A stretch of 64,000 nt of DNA, taken from assembly GCA_963833985.1 (NCBI GenBank), contig CAWIAD010000001.1:832001-896000 (forward strand), written 5' to 3'. The first letter of the stretch is position 1; each line of letters opens with the position of its first letter. The DNA is from an uncultured Planctomycetaceae bacterium. GTDB taxonomy: Bacteria; Planctomycetota; Planctomycetia; Isosphaerales; Isosphaeraceae. The position numbers and the translations under genes were made by a program. Positions 60,701-64,000 of this stretch are shown one piece after another. Below the pieces are notes generated by a model, which searched no databases, had not been told where the DNA came from, and saw nothing but the letters and a program-made list of their open reading frames with translations.

Positions 60701-62735
60701 GGCCGATGACGCGGCCAGTCGCGACATCAAGATAGGCGACCTCGCTTTTTCCGGCGGCCTGCCTCGTGTACAGGATCGCGCCGGCATCAAGTCGAATCGC
60801 GTGCAGGGGGATCGACCCAAAGTTTGACCATTCCCGGAGAGACAGGGGAGCCCCCAGGGGCTGGCCGGTCGCGACGTCCCAGCGCTGGACCGTTCCGCCC
60901 TCGGAGGAGAAGTTAGCCCTCTCGACCGAGATCAATGTTCTGCCATCTTCGCTGAGCTCAACCGACCGACTTATGCTGTTGGTGGACGTCTGGAAGACGA
61001 AGGAAGGAGCGATGAACTCGCGCTCCCAGGCGGCGAGGTTTCGCCGCGCGGTCTCTTGCCAGTCGCGATCGCCCGCGGCCACGGCCGACCGCCAGCATTC
61101 GATCAACCGGAGCAGCCCGATCCCGGTTTCCCCCTTCTCGAGCGCGACCTGCGCCTGCTCGAAATGGAGCGCGGTCATCCGCCGGTCCGATTCATGGAGC
61201 GAGCTCTTCAACTGCCCGGTCAACGCGGTCGAGCGGTCGAGCGAGCTCCTGAGATCGGCCGCCATGGCGGTCATCTGCTGGCGCGCCATGGATTGCTCGG
61301 AAGCGTAAACCAGCGAGACCACCGCTACCGCGACCAGCAACGCCGCGGCCGTCCCCAGGGCGCCGGCCAGCCACGGATTGCGCCTGCACCAGCGCCAGGC
61401 CTGCTCGGCGGTGGACACCCGCCGCGCCAGGATGGGCCGGCCCTCCAGAAAGCGGTTCAGGTCCTCCACCACCTCCTGTGCCGTCGCGTACCGCTGTGCC
61501 GGCTCGCGGGCCATCGATTTGTGGATGATCGTCTCCAGGTCCGGCGGCACATGGCGGTTCAGCTTCCGGAGCCGGGGCGGATCCTCCTGCGTCACTCGAT
61601 GGATCAGCTTCGCCCGGTCGGCCTCGTCGAAGGCGGGGCGCAACGCGAGCAGCTCGTAGAGCGTCAACCCCAGCGCGTATAGATCGGCCCGCGCATCGCC
61701 CGCGCCCTGGAACCGCTCCGGCGCCATGTACCGCACCGTGCCCACGATGTCGCCGGTGTGCGTCAGGTCGTCGGAGCCGATCGACTTGGCCAGGCCGAAG
61801 TCCGCCACCCAGACGTTGCCGTCGCGGTCCAGCAGCAGGTTTGACGGCTTGATGTCGCGGTGCAAGATACCCTGGCCGTGCGCATGGGCCAGGGCCTCGG
61901 CCACCTGCGCGCCGATCCGTGCCACGCTCCGGGCGAACCTGCGGTCCGATTCGGTGAAGGTCGAGACGCCGGAAAACGATGACTGACCCGTCTCGGATGC
62001 CGCCGGCAGGCCCGGCTGCGGATCGGTTGCCGTCCACGGCAACGTGGCCGTTCCCGTGACCGGGCCGCCATTGTCCGGACCCGCCGCGAAGCGGCCCGTC
62101 GCAAGCGACAGCGCGATATCGGCGGCCGGACGCTGGCGATCCGTCCGCATCGCCGTGGGCGGCTGGCCCGCCGGCGCGGTCCGCGCATCGCGCAATCGCC
62201 GCAGCTCATTGAGCACCGCATCCAGCCCCTGGCCCTGGATGAACTGCATGACGTAAAAATGGGTTCCGTCATGTTCACCCACGCCGAAGACCGGCACGAT
62301 GTTGGTGTGGTGCAGCCGCGCCGCCGACCGTGCCTCGCGCTCGAAGCGTCGCAGCTGCTTGCTGTCGGTGATCACGCCCCGGGGCAGCACCTTCAGCGCG
62401 ACCCGCCGGCCGAGCGATTCTTGCTCCGCCTCGTAAACCACCCCCATGCCGCCCCGGCCAACCTCACGGAGCAGCCGGAACTCACCGAGCCGCCCCGTCG
62501 TCACTCCGCCGATCGCGCCCCCGCCGGTGAGCACCGAACCGGTCCGCTCGACCGAATCGCCTCCCAGGTCCTCCATCATCAAGAGCGCGGGGAAGAGGGC
62601 CCGGATCTCATCGGCCAGATCGGGATGCTGCTCGGCGTAATCCTCCGGCGTGGCAGCCTCGCCCCGCCGCTTGCGCTCGAGGAATTCCTCGGCCAGTGCC
62701 TCGACCGGGTTACGATTGCCGCTGGTTGTCGACAT
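57732..62735 (-). CDS. Hanks-type Ser/Thr kinase with TM, WD40 repeats and C-terminal TPRs
   Basis: GRGGMGVVY, VALKVL, HRDIKPSN, DFGLAK, YMAPE; many FSPDG / WDVATG repeats. Confidence 0.95.
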   Translation of the reverse strand: MSTTSGNRNPVEALAEEFLERKRRGEAATPEDYAEQHPDLADEIRALFPALLMMEDLGGDSVERTGSVLTGGGAIGGVTTGRLGEFRLLREVGRGGMGVVYEAEQESLGRRVALKVLPRGVITDSKQLRRFEREARSAARLHHTNIVPVFGVGEHDGTHFYVMQFIQGQGLDAVLNELRRLRDARTAPAGQPPTAMRTDRQRPAADIALSLATGRFAAGPDNGGPVTGTATLPWTATDPQPGLPAASETGQSSFSGVSTFTESDRRFARSVARIGAQVAEALAHAHGQGILHRDIKPSNLLLDRDGNVWVADFGLAKSIGSDDLTHTGDIVGTVRYMAPERFQGAGDARADLYALGLTLYELLALRPAFDEADRAKLIHRVTQEDPPRLRKLNRHVPPDLETIIHKSMAREPAQRYATAQEVVEDLNRFLEGRPILARRVSTAEQAWRWCRRNPWLAGALGTAAALLVAVAVVSLVYASEQSMARQQMTAMAADLRSSLDRSTALTGQLKSSLHESDRRMTALHFEQAQVALEKGETGIGLLRLIECWRSAVAAGDRDWQETARRNLAAWEREFIAPSFVFQTSTNSISRSVELSEDGRTLISVERANFSSEGGTVQRWDVATGQPLGAPLSLREWSNFGSIPLHAIRLDAGAILYTRQAAGKSEVAYLDVATGRVIGQPIELQRTVGSLALAPDGKTAAVSQGNVARLWDPYSGKPLGPPLAHKSYIRIMEFSPDGRILIVCGNDESRLWDVATKQPLGAPLTHMEQVNAARFSPDGKSVVICCGRTLLRGAGESGEARQFDASTGRQIGPVLIQPQGVGDAVFSPDGKTLATSTGSRWSQTGEVQLWEAATGRPLGAALVHRGGISSMAFRRDGQRLITAGHDKLARIWDVATGRPLGPAFVHRGAVLLARFIGDGATALTASGDGTASLWDATAAHAASLPIGGTGGVFLRDGRSVLTSGNGAARLLDAATGHSMGPPLFVGGSVGYDAAVRSGDGLVASIDDGDRSIRFLDLRTGRSTDLRLPADTSGSTRLAFSPDGRILFAILSPLSLGPGKTQLFGRLWDLATGKQIGAGCTVRAGYGVSFLTELFSPDSRLLFLGTPANGGNDGDAQLWEVATGKRLVPDLAIRGGAGRAAFSPDGKVLATITFDRGYQSGSAQVWNLATRQPLGTAMRLSGRTITLEFSPDGRSLLTASFQDGTRESEVRLWDVASGRPLGPPLQTGMGVGSAFHPGGRMVATNGLNKARMWNLATGRPIGPGAESQELGTRVEFSPDGTMLLASGAAQMARLMEVPDLPDDLERAAVWIQAITGLDVNERGDIAPLDEAARNARRERLASLGGPPAAPPRWRFDSILASAVPTARARAWADRGRWAEAEAAYDEAVSTWPDNAQIRAQRGQFLDARGQTEKAETDFVTAYSLGLDTNSREAVEIQPKIFSRENLFRRVLALQPSAAPALLERRAAYWFGSRSWMRAATDLREADRLERLTPIGLCDLVAALHAAGHRDEAKTALVLLFERFGDTPHPEWVNEIAQAALQVSDPGISLAVIRQMIERTISLPTETSKADGLLSHGLLLYREGRYADAIQRLDEALKLRDRPRSAFEKEWAPLALAHYRLGHREEARRLATLLGEVNLSGRYIRDMVLKLEAEAVILYDPIFRADPFAP

Positions 62736-62793
62736 GGCGGGCGTCTCGACGGTGACACTTCGCGGAACGGGAAAGCGACGTCGCTCAACTTGG

Positions 62794-63393
62794 CTACGAC
62801 TTGCGATTGAATCCGGGCAGCGAGGCAATGATGAGACTGATGCGCTTCAGGGCGCGGATATACGCTTCGCTGGTGACCGACCGGGAAAGGTGCAGAACGG
62901 TGGCCGTCTCGTCATTCGAAAGCCGCTCGCAATGCCGCAGCGTCAGGACCTCGCGGTCGACAGGATCCATGGCATTGAGAGCCTCCTGGAGCAAGAGCTT
63001 CTGCTCGGCCCGGGCGGCAGCCTGGTCGTCCTTGCCCTCACCCTGACCCAGCAAGTGGGCGGCCAGCGAGATCGACGTGGCTTCCGGCAAAGCGCCCCGG
63101 TAAAGCGAGATATCGCCCCGGGCATCGGGTCCCAGCCGCTCCTGATGGAGCCGGGCCAGCACTTCCCCGGTGAGCACGCGGAGCCACAGGAACAGGTCGG
63201 ACCCGCTTCCCGCGAGCTCTCCCTTTCGCTCGATCGCGAGTTGCCGGACCATCTGGAGGACGCTCGCGGAATCCACAATTCCCGACAGTCTACGGTCGAG
63301 CCTTAGCCGTACCGTCCGCCTCAGTCGCTCCACGGATCGCTGGAACAGCGCGTCGAGGTCGATCTGGTTGGGATTTTCCACGGCACTGGACAT
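62794..63393 (-). CDS. ECF sigma-70 factor of the planctomycete kinase-associated type
   Basis: RLRRTVRLRLDRRL, PEATSISLAAHLLG, LQEALNAMDPVDREVLTLRH...LSNDETA...YIRALKR; directly upstream of the kinase. Confidence 0.88.
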   Translation of the reverse strand: MSSAVENPNQIDLDALFQRSVERLRRTVRLRLDRRLSGIVDSASVLQMVRQLAIERKGELAGSGSDLFLWLRVLTGEVLARLHQERLGPDARGDISLYRGALPEATSISLAAHLLGQGEGKDDQAAARAEQKLLLQEALNAMDPVDREVLTLRHCERLSNDETATVLHLSRSVTSEAYIRALKRISLIIASLPGFNRKS

Positions 63394-63511
63394 GGCTCGC
63401 GTCCCTCGGTCGACCTGGTGGCATGACAGTAGTATATCCGCGCTTGCGTGATACCGGGAGAACAATCGGAGCACGGTGCGCGATCCTGGTATCTTTTCGC
63501 TGGATCGCCCA

Positions 63512-63566
63512 CTCGCCATTTTCGGACCTCACGGCGATTCCGATGTCGATGTCCGAAAATGGCGAG
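63512..63566. promoter_or_regulatory. Perfect 16-bp inverted repeat in the divergent ECF/ada intergenic region (putative operator pair)
   Basis: CTCGCCATTTTCGGAC (63512-63527) and GTCCGAAAATGGCGAG (63551-63566). Confidence 0.55.
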
Positions 63567-63598
63567 ACGCGCGGTTGGGGAGCGGTTAGATTGCCTCC

Positions 63599-64000
63599 AT
63601 GAAGATGGACACCGAGACCTGCTACCGTGCCCTGGCTGCCCGCGATGCCCGCTTCGACGGGGTCTTCTTCGTGGGAGTGACCACGACCCGGATCTACTGC
63701 CGGCCCATCTGTTCGGCCAGAACGCCGGGCCGCGACCGCTGCCGCTTCTTCGCCTCGGCAGCCACGGCCGAGCACGCGGGCTTCCGGCCCTGCCTGCGGT
63801 GCCGGCCCGAGCTGGCACCAGGGCACGCGCCGGTTGATGCGTTGGGCCGGACCGCGCGGCTGGCCGCGGCGCGGATCGAGGCCGGCGCACTCAACGACGA
63901 TGGCAACCTGGAAGCGCTGGCGCGTGAGCTCGACCTCAGCACGCGTCAGCTCCGCCGTGCGATCCGGCAGGAATTCGGCGTCTCGCCGGTCGAGCTGGCG
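63599..64000 (+). CDS. ada: Ada metal-binding/AraC domain protein (AdaA or Ada-AlkA fusion), 3'-truncated by the window and absent from the ORF track
   Basis: MKMDTETCYRALAARDARFDGVFFVGVTTTRIYCRPIC...GFRPCLRCRPE...LEALARELDLSTRQLRR. Confidence 0.9.
   Translation, partial: MKMDTETCYRALAARDARFDGVFFVGVTTTRIYCRPICSARTPGRDRCRFFASAATAEHAGFRPCLRCRPELAPGHAPVDALGRTARLAAARIEAGALNDDGNLEALARELDLSTRQLRRAIRQEFGVSPVELA

Overview
A GC-rich bacterial window whose gene content points to Planctomycetota, probably Isosphaeraceae (inferred from DUF1592/DUF1552, LExR-type extracellular motifs, an ECF sigma plus WD40 Ser/Thr kinase, and a MoxR-BatA operon). In order: (1) a 5'-truncated giant S8 protease; (2) a GAF-HlyD / HlyD / M50-HlyD trio with no ABC ATPase, bracketed by two copies of a ~220-240 bp MITE-like element; (3) a ~16 kb metal-handling locus at 10.4-26.4 kb, the most interesting part; (4) a MoxR-DUF58-BatA-prenyltransferase-like-TlpA operon; (5) a repeat-rich patch with TPR and PEP-CTERM genes; (6) an amidase, a free-standing S8-prodomain-like gene and an S8 protease; (7) DUF1592/DUF1552; (8) an ECF sigma-kinase pair divergent from a partial ada/alkA gene. 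The metal locus holds a ferrosome(fez)-like operon with one intact non-CPx P1B-type ATPase, a full-length paralog that has lost its catalytic motifs, a FezA/DUF5132-like protein and several small unknown proteins. Around it are three dispersed paralogs with a YxISYGVVFP motif, TerC, DUF6766, TolC and a Ca2+/H+ antiporter, and three sigma-54-like promoters. About a dozen genes carry single frameshifts, most likely long-read consensus errors. All family calls come from motif recognition by eye; no searches were run.
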